A stretch of DNA of 25,906 nucleotides from Myxococcota bacterium (GCA_044344255.1 JBIJDH010000048.1:1-25906), one strand, 5' to 3'; shown: positions 1 through 9,259, numbered from the stretch's first letter. The notes: generated by a model from the sequence alone, not told the origin. Program-made: numbers and translations.

Positions 1-124
1 CCTCAAGCAGGAGACCTCGCGGAAGGTCGGCGTGAAGACGAAGCGCATGAGGGCGGGCTGGGACAACGAATACCTGCTCAAAGTAATTGGCGGATAAATG
101 GGACGTTTAGATGCGATCGCCCTG
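1..124 (+). mobile_element. Right end of ISAs1-family insertion sequence; terminal inverted repeat about 108-124
   Basis: Transposase tail followed by TAGATGCGATCGCCCTG; ISAs1 ends read CAGGGC... inward. CobW homology on the minus strand stops exactly at nt 125. Confidence 0.8.
2..97 (+). CDS. ISAs1-family transposase, C-terminal end (5' part outside window)
   Basis: Frame from nt 2 reads [31 protein letters not shown], matching the characteristic ISAs1 C-terminus (KRxRAGWDxxYLxKV). Confidence 0.85.
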   Translation, partial: LKQETSRKVGVKTKRMRAGWDNEYLLKVIGG

Positions 125-285
125 GCCTCCCCCTTCACAAGCGCGGCGTCGATGTTGACCTCGCTCATGTCGTTGACGATGACGGCCACACGCCGCCCCT
201 CCCGGTTGGCCAGGACGTGGTTGAGGAGGGTGGTCTTTCCGGCGCCGAGGAAGCCCGAGAGGACGGTGACGGGGAGGCGGGTCAT
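125..285 (-). pseudogene. COG0523/CobW-family (YciC/ZigA-like) metallochaperone GTPase, 5' part, interrupted by IS
   Basis: ATG at 285 gives [53 protein letters not shown], then runs into IS sequence before the expected GCxCC motif. Not in the supplied ORF track. Confidence 0.9.
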
Positions 286-320
286 GTTCAATCCATGTCG
301 GTGACGGGAATGGTGACGCG

Positions 321-926
321 TCACTGGACGGTGAGATCGAAGTCCACAGACGCGTCCGTCGCACCCGGGAGGTCGGTGAAGCCACCGGCCGCTACATCGT
401 CGGCGAGGGCGCCGGTCTTGACGGCGGCGTCGTTCTCCGGCGGCAGGTGGCGCAGCGTGACGGTGAGGACCCCGCTGCCCGCCTGGAGGGTGCCGATGCT
501 GTTCTCGAGCCCCACAGGGAAGCCGTTGACATCGGCGTCATCATAGGCCTGAGAGACGACCGCGGCGGCGCTCTCGCCCGTGGCCGGCCCCTGCACGGCC
601 GAGCCCGTGAAGAACAACTGGTGGACGTCGCTCTCCTCCTGCACCTCGAGCGTGATGTCCTCGGCCGGGTCCTCGAGCTCATTCAGGAAGGACACGGCCA
701 ACGTGTAGTCATCAACTTCAGACAGGGTGATGGGATCGATCACCGGGCTGCCATCATTCTCGGGATCGGCCCAAGACGCGGAGACGGTCGCGCCGCCCGA
801 GGCGGGGACGAAGTCGAGGGTGACGGTGGTGATCACCTCTTCGGGGTTGACCTCATCGGGGTTCTTGACGTCCCCGCAGGCGGCGAAGGCCGAGAAGACG
901 AGCAGGGTCGCGACGGAGCGGTGCAT
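321..926 (-). CDS. Acidic lipoprotein of the type found beside TonB-dependent receptors
   Basis: Signal peptide with lipobox (AFAA-C); [20 protein letters not shown] and LTVTLRH motifs; lies between the TonB receptor and CobW. Confidence 0.75.
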   Translation of the reverse strand: MHRSVATLLVFSAFAACGDVKNPDEVNPEEVITTVTLDFVPASGGATVSASWADPENDGSPVIDPITLSEVDDYTLAVSFLNELEDPAEDITLEVQEESDVHQLFFTGSAVQGPATGESAAAVVSQAYDDADVNGFPVGLENSIGTLQAGSGVLTVTLRHLPPENDAAVKTGALADDVAAGGFTDLPGATDASVDFDLTVQ

Positions 927-1031
927 GGATATCTCCAGGATTTCGGACAGGTCCGGTGACCGGACAGGGATGGACAGACAGGACTCAGCCCACGGGGAGC
1001 GGCGGTCCAGCGGCGGACATGGGTTCTCTCA

Positions 1032-3335
1032 TCAGAAGTCGAGGCCCAGCCGGAGCCGCAGCTCCCGGCCGGGCTCGTCGGCGTAGTATCGAAGCAGGCT
1101 CGTGTACTCGCGATAGCGAGCATTCAGGATGTTTCGACCTTCCAGGCCGACCTTGTAGGTCCGCGCGCCGCGCAGGAGCTCGGCGCCGAGGCCCGCGTCG
1201 AAGAGGAGATAGCCTGCGGGGCTGGGGGCGATCTCCGCGCGGGGATCGGTGTGGGTCTGGCGCGCGACGGCGGCGCCCCCGAGCTCCGCGAAGGCCGCGC
1301 GCAGGGGGCCGAGGGCCGGCGGCGCCACCCGAAGATTGACAGAGGCCCGATCGGGAGGGACCATCACGAGGGGCCGCGCGGTCTCTGTGTCGATGCCACG
1401 CACGACCGCCCCCTGCAGGCGTAGCTGCAGCAGGCGCTCTGGGCCGAGGGTGAGCCCGCCGTCTGCGCCGTAGAAGAGGGCGTCGATGGGCCGGAACGAG
1501 AAGCGCGGGAAGGAGCCTTGGATGGTGACGTCGACCCGGGGAGCCCCATCCGCGCCGAGCTCTGGCGCAAAATACACGTAATCATCGATGTAGTTGGCGT
1601 AGGTCGAGGCCTCGGCCTCCAGCCAGGCGGCGCGGAGGCCCAGGGTGGGGCTGGCCCCCCAGGTGGTCTCCGGGCCGAGGCCGGGGGAGCCGAGGGCATA
1701 CACCGGGGAGGTCGGCGCGCTCCCGTTCATGTAGAGCTCGTCGGCGTTTGGGAAGCGGGTCGCCGAGGACAGGTCGAGGCGGGCCTCGAGCGTGTCGGGG
1801 GCGATGTGCCACAGGGCGCCGAGGGACAGGCTGCCCGCGTCGTCCGAGCTGGGACAGGCCGCCGCCGCCGCGGTGAGCGTGCAGTCATCGGGGGAGAGCG
1901 TCTCCCGGGAGACGCTGCGGGAAAAGGCGGAGGGCGTGAGGTAGGCGGTCCGCGAGAGGTGGTCATAGCGGGCCCCCGCCTCCACCGCGAGCGCACCCGC
2001 CGTCCATCGCTCCACACCGAAGACCCCTCCCTGGAGGGCGCTGAAGTTCGGGATCAGGGGAAGCCCGGCGTAGACGTTTTGTTGCGCGACCAGCGAGAGG
2101 CCGAGCCCTCCGTCCACCAGCCCCGCGGCGCCGACGGAGTGGGGGCGGTGATTGAAGGCGGAGTCGACGGAGTGGCTGCGGAGCGTGAAGTCATACTGGG
2201 GCCCGGTGATGGAGGCCCGCGTCTGGTCGTACTCCTGGCGGAGGTTGAGCTGGAAGGCGTAGGTGAGGCGCAGGTCGCCGCCGCCGTCCAGCGCGTGATC
2301 CAGGCGGACCATCGCGAGGTCGTGGGTCACCGCCTGATAGGGCCGGTCAATCTCCGCGGTAGGGGTCCAGCGGTCGGCGCCGATCGGGGTCGTCCGGTCG
2401 AGGCCGGCGGTGAATTCTTCGGGGGTGACGCTGCGGAGGCAATAGCAGACGCCGGCCTGGAGGTCGAAGTGATGCATTGCGACGACGAGGCGGCTGTCTC
2501 CGCGCGTATAGCCGAGGCTGATCCCCGCGTTCCACTCCCGGCTCCCGGTGTTGCCGAGCATGTAGTCGGGGGTGTGGACCGCGGCGCCCACCGCATAATT
2601 ACCCTCCAGGCGCAGAGAGAGTCCGGGCACGGACTCACTCGCGGCATCGACACGAGCCGCCGCCACACCACGTGGTCCGTTCGAGACCCCGACCCCCTGC
2701 GCCCGGCCGCCTGCGCCCGGCTCCGACCGCATCGGCGGGGGATCGACGAGGATCACACCGCCGATGGCGTCCGGGCCATATCGCACCCCCGCCGCCCCCT
2801 TGATGACATGGAGCTCACCCGCCGCGAAGGGGTCAATCTCGGTGGTGTGATCGAGGCCCCACTTCTGGCTCTCGTGCCGTACGCCGTCGAAGAGCACGAG
2901 CAAGCGCCGTTCGAGCTGCCCACGGATGATGGGCTTCGTCGAATCGGAATTCCCGCGGGCAGAGGTCACACCGGGGACCGCCGAGAGGGTCTCACCGAGA
3001 TCGTCCCCGCCCGCCTCCTCGAGCTCGGAGGCGGAGATGGTCTGCACCGCGTGGGTCTCGGTCTCCTTCAGGCTCTGCTCGCCGTAGACCACGATCTCGC
3101 CGACCGGCTCCTCGGCCGCAGGCAGCGCCGGAGCGGGTGGGGGCGAGGTCGCGGCGTCCTCCGCCCGGGCGCACAAGGAAGCCGCCCCCAGCGAGGAGAG
3201 AAGCGCGAGCCCAAGGCCCACCCCACCCGAGCGGCGAGGCCAGGAAAGGGCAGGCCGGCGAGCGTCGCGGACGTGGGCGGGGTTCGGAGTCACACCTCCA
3301 CCGTAGGGCGCGGCGCGCGGCGCGGGGAGTGACAT
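1032..3335 (-). CDS. TonB-dependent outer-membrane receptor (metal uptake inferred from context); start codon uncertain
   Basis: TonB-box-like EIVVYG, plug motifs (KPIIRG, VIKGAAGVRYGPDAIGGVI), C-terminal NILNARY..EPGRELRLRLGLDF ending in Phe. Confidence 0.92.
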   Translation of the reverse strand: MSLPAPRAAPYGGGVTPNPAHVRDARRPALSWPRRSGGVGLGLALLSSLGAASLCARAEDAATSPPPAPALPAAEEPVGEIVVYGEQSLKETETHAVQTISASELEEAGGDDLGETLSAVPGVTSARGNSDSTKPIIRGQLERRLLVLFDGVRHESQKWGLDHTTEIDPFAAGELHVIKGAAGVRYGPDAIGGVILVDPPPMRSEPGAGGRAQGVGVSNGPRGVAAARVDAASESVPGLSLRLEGNYAVGAAVHTPDYMLGNTGSREWNAGISLGYTRGDSRLVVAMHHFDLQAGVCYCLRSVTPEEFTAGLDRTTPIGADRWTPTAEIDRPYQAVTHDLAMVRLDHALDGGGDLRLTYAFQLNLRQEYDQTRASITGPQYDFTLRSHSVDSAFNHRPHSVGAAGLVDGGLGLSLVAQQNVYAGLPLIPNFSALQGGVFGVERWTAGALAVEAGARYDHLSRTAYLTPSAFSRSVSRETLSPDDCTLTAAAAACPSSDDAGSLSLGALWHIAPDTLEARLDLSSATRFPNADELYMNGSAPTSPVYALGSPGLGPETTWGASPTLGLRAAWLEAEASTYANYIDDYVYFAPELGADGAPRVDVTIQGSFPRFSFRPIDALFYGADGGLTLGPERLLQLRLQGAVVRGIDTETARPLVMVPPDRASVNLRVAPPALGPLRAAFAELGGAAVARQTHTDPRAEIAPSPAGYLLFDAGLGAELLRGARTYKVGLEGRNILNARYREYTSLLRYYADEPGRELRLRLGLDF

Positions 3336-3343
3336 GATGTCGC
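3329..3343. promoter_or_regulatory. Imperfect RegA/PrrA-like box GTGAC-N5-GTCGC
   Basis: GTGAC ATGAT GTCGC, one mismatch to the boxes at 3363 and 5179; overlaps the ORF-track ATG of the receptor. Confidence 0.45.
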
Positions 3344-3362
3344 GCGTGGCGAGGTGACGCGG

Positions 3363-3383
3363 GGTGCGACCGTCTGTCGCACC
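3363..3383. promoter_or_regulatory. RegA/PrrA/RegR-like binding box upstream of the TonB receptor
   Basis: Perfect 8-bp inverted repeat GGTGCGAC-CGTCT-GTCGCACC matching the GCGNC-Nx-GNCGC RegA-family consensus. Confidence 0.65.
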
Positions 3384-3405
3384 TCGGCCGCCGCGGACGG
3401 CGGGG

Positions 3406-3915
3406 TCAGCGCGCGGGCGGCAACTTCTGGAGCTTGCGCTGCAAGGTACGGCGGTAGAGCCCCAGCCGACGGGCGGCCTCCGTGATGTTCCCCCCCGATG
3501 CGTGGAGCACCGAGAGGATGTGCGCCCGCTCCACTTGGTCGAGGGAGGCGCTCGGAAGGGGCTCGACCGCGTCCTCGAGGGCGGCGATGAGCTCGGCCCC
3601 CTCGATAGGCTTGGTCAGCACGTCGACTGCGCCAGCCCGCATCGCCTCGACGGCGGTGGGCACTGTGGCGTGGCCGGAGAGCACGATGCAGCGACAGGCC
3701 GGCTGGGCCTCGGCGAGGTGGCGCACCACGTCCACGCCGGAGCCGTCCGGCAGTCGGAGGTCAACCAGGGCGAGGTCGGGCTCCGCTCCCCGGCACACGA
3801 GCAGGGCCTCCCGGAGCCCGCCGGCCGGTAGGACCCGGTAGCCGGCGGCGGTCAGGGCCTCGACGAGGGCCTCCCGGTAGACGGGATCATCTTCGACGAC
3901 GAGCACGGTGGTCAT
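3406..3915 (-). CDS. regA: RegA/PrrA/ActR-family response regulator
   Basis: Receiver domain (VVEDD, VDLRLPDGSG, LTKP) plus short Fis-type HTH NITEAARRLGLYRRTLQRKLQK typical of RegA. Confidence 0.85.
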   Translation of the reverse strand: MTTVLVVEDDPVYREALVEALTAAGYRVLPAGGLREALLVCRGAEPDLALVDLRLPDGSGVDVVRHLAEAQPACRCIVLSGHATVPTAVEAMRAGAVDVLTKPIEGAELIAALEDAVEPLPSASLDQVERAHILSVLHASGGNITEAARRLGLYRRTLQRKLQKLPPAR

Positions 3916-5123
3916 GGCTGGACTTCCGGGATGAGGATGCGCGTCCGTGCGCCTCCGCCCTCCGCCGCTTCGAGGACCACGTCCCCGCCCACCGACTGGG
4001 CGAAGCTGCGGGAGACGAAGAGGCCGAGGCCGGTGCCATCGGTGCCGCTCCAGAAGGGCTCGCCGGCGTGGCGGGCGGCCCCGGCGTCGAGGCCGCGCCC
4101 ATCATCGTCGATGTGCAGCTCCACCGCCCCGGGCCGCACGTGCAGCGAGAGGGTGATGGAGCGGGCGCCGGCCCGCCGCGCGTTGTCGAGGGCCACCCAG
4201 ACCGCTCCCCGCCAGCTCTCTTCGGCGCCTTGGGCCAGGAAGGGGGAGAGCGTCGCCGGGAGACGGACGGCCACCTCCGGCGCGGCCCTCCGCCACTCGA
4301 GGACCCAGGCCGCCAGATCCACCCGGCATGTGGCCGCGCCGGGGGTGTCCCGACCGCGCAGGCGATGAAGGATGGAGCGGCAGCGGGCCACCTGCTCGAG
4401 GAGCCCGTTGAGGGGCGCGTCGAAGTCGTGGCCGCCGCCGCGCCGCCGCGCCTGCTCGGCGAGGAGCTGGATGGCGCCGAGGGGGGTGCCGAGCTCGTGG
4501 GCGACCCCGGCGGCGAGGGTGCCGAGGGCGGCGAGGCGGTCCCTCACGTCATCCTGGTGCTGCGCCGCCTTCTCCGCTGCGCTCTTCGCTCGGAGGGCCG
4601 CGGACAGCCGCGTGACCACCCACGTGATGGCGGCGGCGGAGAGGTCGAAGGTGACCACATGCCCGATCAAGTGGGCGGCGTTGTCCTCGTCGGGGAGCAG
4701 GCCCGACACACTGGCCGGGTGGAAGACGACGAAGGCCTGCAACACCATCGCGGCCGCCGCGGCGGCCCAGGCCTGGGGGGCGGAGAGGAGCATGCCGAGC
4801 AGCGCGAGGTAACCGAGGTAGCCGAAGAGCAGCGGGTTGTGCTGCCCGCCCGACAGCACGAGGATTACCGTCAGGGCTGCGAGATCGACCGCCGCCACGA
4901 GGCCGACCCGCCCAACCGCAGCCGGCCGCTCCCGCAGCCAGAGCGCCTGGAGGAGGTCGAAGCCGCCCCAGGCTGCGAGCAGCGCGAAGAGCGCCGGGCT
5001 GTGGAGGTGCAGCTCGGTGCCCGTCTCCGCGAAGACCATGAGCGCCACCTGCGCCGCCAGGGTCGCCCGTCGGGCGCTGGCCAACCAGCGCAGTCCGAGG
5101 GCGCGGTCGACGAGGTGGGTCAT
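3912..5123 (-). CDS. regB: RegB/PrrB-family membrane sensor histidine kinase
   Basis: About 6 TM segments, GGQHNPL (GGxxNPF-like), H-box AHELGTPL, conserved Cys in ARCRSIL, HATPase DDGRG/GTGLGL; 4-bp overlap with regA. Start placed at ATG 5123 (MTHLVDR). Confidence 0.85.
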   Translation of the reverse strand: MTHLVDRALGLRWLASARRATLAAQVALMVFAETGTELHLHSPALFALLAAWGGFDLLQALWLRERPAAVGRVGLVAAVDLAALTVILVLSGGQHNPLLFGYLGYLALLGMLLSAPQAWAAAAAAMVLQAFVVFHPASVSGLLPDEDNAAHLIGHVVTFDLSAAAITWVVTRLSAALRAKSAAEKAAQHQDDVRDRLAALGTLAAGVAHELGTPLGAIQLLAEQARRRGGGHDFDAPLNGLLEQVARCRSILHRLRGRDTPGAATCRVDLAAWVLEWRRAAPEVAVRLPATLSPFLAQGAEESWRGAVWVALDNARRAGARSITLSLHVRPGAVELHIDDDGRGLDAGAARHAGEPFWSGTDGTGLGLFVSRSFAQSVGGDVVLEAAEGGGARTRILIPEVQP

Positions 5124-5178
5124 CGGCAAGGCACGCTCTCCCTGCAGTGCCGTATTCCGCTCCCCGGCCTCACCCCCT

Positions 5179-5193
5179 GCGACCATTTGTCGC
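5179..5193. promoter_or_regulatory. RegA-like box upstream of regB (putative autoregulation)
   Basis: GCGAC-CATTT-GTCGC, same arms and 5-nt spacer as the box at 3363, about 55 bp upstream of the regB ATG. Confidence 0.6.
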
Positions 5194-5210
5194 GCCACTC
5201 CCAGATCCCC

Positions 5211-5357
5211 GTGCGAGGCGGCCTCCTCAGCGCGCCGCGCGTCGTGGTCGTGTACCCCCACCCGCTCACGCCGGCTCAATTGGCCACCCTGCGCGACCTG
5301 GAGCGGGGGATCCACGCTCAGGGTTGGCGATTGAGCCTCGCCGCCGATGTCGCATAG
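5211..5357 (+). CDS. Possible 48-aa small protein
   Basis: GTG-start ORF (MRGGLLSAPRVVVVYPHPLTPAQLATLRDLERGIHAQGWRLSLAADVA) with globular-looking composition fills the gap between the two two-component systems. Confidence 0.3.
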   Translation: MRGGLLSAPRVVVVYPHPLTPAQLATLRDLERGIHAQGWRLSLAADVA

Positions 5358-5396
5358 GGCCGCGCTCGGACGGTCTATCGAATCCCCGACCGCCGC

Positions 5397-6029
5397 TCAG
5401 CCGATCAGCCCGACCTGGTGCGCGTAAGAGACGACACCGGCCAGCGACGACACCCCGAGCTTGGCCCGCACCCGGCCGAGGTGGGTGCTCACGGTGCTCA
5501 ACGTGAGGTCGAGCTCCACCGCGATGTCGGTCACGCTCTGCCCGGAGACGATCATCAGGAAGACCTGCATCTCCCGCGCGGTCAGGCTGTCGTGCAGGGC
5601 GGCGGGGGCGGCCACCGCGCCGTCGAGCCGCTGCGCGACCTGCGCAGAGACGAAGCGCCCGCCCGACGCGATCTTGCGCACCGCGTCCACCACGTCGTGC
5701 TCCGAGCGGTCCTTCGCGAGGTAGCCGCAGGCGCCAGCGGCGAGCAGCCGGCGGGCGTACTGCTCTTCGGGGTGCATCGACAGGATGAGCACGCCCAGGC
5801 TCGGCCGCGCCGCGAGGGCCTGGGAGAGCACCTCCATCCCGCTCAGGCGGGGGAGGGAGAGGTCGAGCACGAGCACGTCGATCACCAGCGCGGGGTCGAG
5901 GATGAGCTGCATCGCGCGGCGACCGTCGGCGGCCTCGCCGATGACCTGGATGTCCCCTCCGGCCTCGAGGAGGCCGCGGATGCCGATCCGCACGACTGGG
6001 TGGTCGTCGGCGAGCACGACGCGGATCAC
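5397..6029 (-). CDS. NarL/FixJ-family (LuxR HTH) response regulator
   Basis: IRVVLADDHPVVRIG receiver; LTAREMQVF..IAVELDLTLSTVSTH LuxR HTH; GTGA overlap with the upstream kinase stop. Confidence 0.92.
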   Translation of the reverse strand: MIRVVLADDHPVVRIGIRGLLEAGGDIQVIGEAADGRRAMQLILDPALVIDVLVLDLSLPRLSGMEVLSQALAARPSLGVLILSMHPEEQYARRLLAAGACGYLAKDRSEHDVVDAVRKIASGGRFVSAQVAQRLDGAVAAPAALHDSLTAREMQVFLMIVSGQSVTDIAVELDLTLSTVSTHLGRVRAKLGVSSLAGVVSYAHQVGLIG

Positions 6030-7381
6030 GCCGCCCCCAGGGGCACGCGCAGCCGCACGCGCGCCCCGCCGCCCGCGGCTGGGAAGAAGCGGACCTCGCC
6101 GCCCACCGCGCCCGCGCGCTCCCGCATCCCGATGAGGCCGATGCCGCCGCCCGGCGCCTCGGGCATGCCCACGCCGTCGTCGCCGACCTCCACGACGAGG
6201 GCCTCGGCCTCGCGCACCACCGTGACCGTGGACCGGGAGGCCCGCGCGTGCCGCGCCACGTTGGTGAGGGCCTCCTGCACGAAACGAAAGGCGGTGAGGG
6301 CGACCGCGTCGGGCAGGGCCAGGGCCTCGGGCACGGTGACGGCGCAGGGCGGGCCGCCGTGGCGCGTCGTGTGGCCCGCCAGCCACTCCACGGCGGCGGC
6401 GAGCCCGAGATCGTCCAGCACGGGCGGGCGGAGGTCGCGCACCAGGGTGCGGGTCTGCTCGGTGAGCCGCTCGAGCAGCAGGGCGAGCTGGGTGAGGTTG
6501 GCGCCGATCGCCGCGGGCTGCTGCGCGTAGCGCCCGGTGGCGAGGCGCAGGGACAGGCGCGCCGCCGTGAGCGTCTGTCCGAGCTCGTCGTGCAGCTCCC
6601 GGGCGACGTGGGCGCGCTCCGCGTCTTGCGCTTCGTCGAGGCGCAGCGCGAAGCGTCGCAAGGAGGCTGTCTGCTCCGCCACGCGCTCGGCCAGCGCGGC
6701 GCGCTCCTGGGCGAGGTCGGACTGTGCACAGTACAGTCGAATCCGACCGCGGTCCAAGCCCAGCCCGATGCCGAGGCTGACCGACAGGACGAAGAACAGG
6801 AAGCCGAGCGTGGCGCCGGCCATCGGGTCGGCGAGGTGCGCCGGCCGCGCGCCGAAGGTGCCGAGCGCCACCGCGGCGCCCACGCCGAGGGTCACCCAGA
6901 TCCGCCGCTTCGGGGGCATGTACCAGGCCACAGAGCTGAGCACGAAGGGGTAGATGAAGTGCGGCCAGGGGCTGCTCGGGCCGCCGAGCAGGGACAGCGT
7001 GGTTGCCAACGTGAGGCAGGTCGCCCAGGTGCCGATCGTGCAGATCGCGGTCAGCGCGGCCGGGAACCGCCAGAGCGCGAGGCTGGCGGTCACGGCGAGG
7101 CCGGTGAGCACCGCCCGGCTCACCCCCACGACCTCCGCCACCCCGGGGTAGGCCGCGAAGGCCCAGCGGTCCGATAGCCAGAACAGCCCGTTCGACAGGC
7201 CGACCGCCGGCACGAACAGCCGTAGATCGGGGAGGAGCTCGCGCGCGAAGCTCTGCTCGAAGGCCGACAGACGCGCCGCCGGGAGGTCGAGGTCGGGCGG
7301 GATGCCCGTCCAGAGCGACCGCGCCGCGCGCACGAGCGCGTCGAGCGAGGGGGCGAGGCGCGGGGCGGGAGCGGAGGGCAA
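6026..7381 (-). CDS. Membrane sensor histidine kinase (HisKA_3, NarX/UhpB type)
   Basis: Multiple TM helices; ERAHVARELHDELGQTL, QEALTNVARHA, DDGVG, GIGLIGMRERA; GGAGGAGG SD before TTG start. Confidence 0.92.
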   Translation of the reverse strand: MPSAPAPRLAPSLDALVRAARSLWTGIPPDLDLPAARLSAFEQSFARELLPDLRLFVPAVGLSNGLFWLSDRWAFAAYPGVAEVVGVSRAVLTGLAVTASLALWRFPAALTAICTIGTWATCLTLATTLSLLGGPSSPWPHFIYPFVLSSVAWYMPPKRRIWVTLGVGAAVALGTFGARPAHLADPMAGATLGFLFFVLSVSLGIGLGLDRGRIRLYCAQSDLAQERAALAERVAEQTASLRRFALRLDEAQDAERAHVARELHDELGQTLTAARLSLRLATGRYAQQPAAIGANLTQLALLLERLTEQTRTLVRDLRPPVLDDLGLAAAVEWLAGHTTRHGGPPCAVTVPEALALPDAVALTAFRFVQEALTNVARHARASRSTVTVVREAEALVVEVGDDGVGMPEAPGGGIGLIGMRERAGAVGGEVRFFPAAGGGARVRLRVPLGAA

Positions 7382-7482
7382 GGCCTCCTCCTACTCCCCG
7401 CGGCCGGCGGGCGTCCAGCGAGGCGGCGACGCTCCACCACTCCCGTGGGCGGTCGCGCCCTCTCCCGCAGCTCGCTCCGCCC

Positions 7483-8634
7483 TCAGGGCGCGTGGGCCCG
7501 CTCCCAGGCCTCCACGCGCTCCGCGGCGTTGGCGCGGATGTTCGACCAGAACAGCTCGACCTCGATGGGGTGGTAGTTGCCCTCCCCCATCACGCGGTCG
7601 AGGACGCGGCTCGGGAGGTCACGCGGGGGGCGCCCGTTCAGCCGCACCCGCAGCGTGCCGTCCTCACAGGACGCGTCCGCCAGCCCCGGTTTCGGCGACG
7701 GGTCAGCGTATTGGAGGAAGACCGCGCCGAGGTTGGCTGACGCGGGCATCGGGCCCCCTCTGTCCACGCCCGACAGGGGGTTGGTGCAGACACGACGCTC
7801 GCCCGCGACAGCGCGCACCTCGACCTTGGGCACGCTGTCCCAGGCCCGGGCGTTCCAGGCCACCACACAGCCGACGTCACGCGGGCCCGCGCAGGGCGGG
7901 ACGTCGGGGGCGTCGCGCGCGAGGCCCTCCTCGGTGAGGCCGCTGCCGATGATCCAGGCGGCGACAAGCTGCTCCCGGAGCGGCGTGCCGGCGACCCGTC
8001 GCGCGAGGAGCCGCGCGGTGAGGACCGCCCCTTGGCTGTGGCCGGCGATCAGGAAGGGGCGGCCGGCGACGCGGCGGGCGAGGAAGGCCGAAAACGCGCG
8101 GTCCACGTCGGAGTAAGCCAGCTCGATCGCGGCCTCCCCGTCGGGGGTCGGGGTGTAATACGCGGTCCCCGTCGCCTGGCGGTACCGCGGCGCGTAGATC
8201 GCGCCGATCCCGTTGAAGGCGGAGGCCTGAATGAGCACGCCGCCGCGGTCGGTGGCGACCGCGAGCTTGGGGTCCACCGCGGGGGCGTTCCAGACGGCGG
8301 CCACCGAGGAGGTCGGGTGGAGGTAGAACACGTCGACCCGCGCCTCGGCGGGAGGCACTGCGGACTGCCCCGGGGGGACGCGGTCGCCGAGGTCGTCCAG
8401 CTCGGGCAGCGCGCTCCAGGCCGCCGGGAGGGCGTAGTCCGGCGCCGGGGGCGGCACGGCCTGGGCGAAGGGGCCCCTGGGCGTGATCGCGCCCAAAACC
8501 CAGTCGCCGAGCCCCCCCGCCCGCGCGATCGGCAGGGCGACGGCCAACATCAAGGCCGCGGCGAGCACCCCTGTCGGGGCGAGCACCCCTGTCGGGGCGA
8601 GCACCCCAGACGCCCGTGAGGGGCCCTGCATCAC
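7483..8634 (-). CDS. Secreted DUF3089-like alpha/beta hydrolase (esterase/lipase-like)
   Basis: PAPDY...WSALP, DVFYLHPT, QASAFN, YAPRYRQ, nucleophile elbow GHSQG, CTNPL, NYH; N-terminal signal peptide. Confidence 0.85.
   Translation of the reverse strand: MMQGPSRASGVLAPTGVLAPTGVLAAALMLAVALPIARAGGLGDWVLGAITPRGPFAQAVPPPAPDYALPAAWSALPELDDLGDRVPPGQSAVPPAEARVDVFYLHPTSSVAAVWNAPAVDPKLAVATDRGGVLIQASAFNGIGAIYAPRYRQATGTAYYTPTPDGEAAIELAYSDVDRAFSAFLARRVAGRPFLIAGHSQGAVLTARLLARRVAGTPLREQLVAAWIIGSGLTEEGLARDAPDVPPCAGPRDVGCVVAWNARAWDSVPKVEVRAVAGERRVCTNPLSGVDRGGPMPASANLGAVFLQYADPSPKPGLADASCEDGTLRVRLNGRPPRDLPSRVLDRVMGEGNYHPIEVELFWSNIRANAAERVEAWERAHAP
8560..8607. repeat. 18-bp tandem repeat, about 2.7 copies (GVLAPT), in the hydrolase signal region
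   Basis: GGCGAGCACCCCTGTCGG x2 followed by GGCGAGCACCCC. Confidence 0.85.
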
Positions 8635-9230
8635 GACACCCCCGGTCGGGGCACGAAGCCGAAGGCCAACACCTCTCGAAGGTCAGCCAGCAGCGTGTCG
8701 AACCCGCCAGCGTCCACTTTGCCCGCCCGGTGGAGCGAGATGAGGCCGTGTGTCGCTGCCCAGAGCACCGCGCCCAGGCGGTCGGGCGGGAGGGTGGTGA
8801 GCCCGGCGCCCTGGGCCTCCGAGAGGGGGCCTGCGGCGAGCGCCGCGTATCGTGCCGCTGCGGCCCGCTGCTCCTCGCCCCCGGCGCGCGCCTCGAAGAT
8901 GAGGTCATACAGAGATGGGTGCGCGAAGGCGAAGTCCAGATAGGCCTGTCCGAGCGCCCGAACGCGCCCCGCGAGGTCACCCGCCGCGGCGACGGCCGCC
9001 TCGCAGCGGTCCGAGAGGAGGTGCAGGGCGGACGCCCGCACGGCGTCGATCAGCGCCTCCTTGTCAGCAAAGTAGGTGTAGGGCGTGCTTCGGCTCATGC
9101 CCGCCTCTGCGGCGACACGGCGAAGGGAGCAGGCATCACGCCCCTCGGCCTGCACGATGGCCCGCGCCACCTCGACGAGCCGCCGACGCGTGGCGTCCAC
9201 CTCCGGTTGAGTCAACGTCCGGCCTTGCAT
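8631..9230 (-). CDS. TetR/AcrR-family transcriptional regulator (WHG-like C-terminal domain)
   Basis: SLRRVAAEAGMSRSTPYTYFADKEAL HTH; AYLDFAFAHPSLYDLIF; WAATHG; 4-bp overlap with the hydrolase. Confidence 0.92.
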   Translation of the reverse strand: MQGRTLTQPEVDATRRRLVEVARAIVQAEGRDACSLRRVAAEAGMSRSTPYTYFADKEALIDAVRASALHLLSDRCEAAVAAAGDLAGRVRALGQAYLDFAFAHPSLYDLIFEARAGGEEQRAAAARYAALAAGPLSEAQGAGLTTLPPDRLGAVLWAATHGLISLHRAGKVDAGGFDTLLADLREVLAFGFVPRPGVS

Positions 9231-9259
9231 GGTGCCTCCCTCCAGAGGCTAACCGATCT

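Noticed and set aside
927..1031. Short GGACAG repeats between receptor and lipoprotein as regulatory sites
   Set aside because: Irregular spacing, and the GGA motifs are on the non-coding strand; not enough support.
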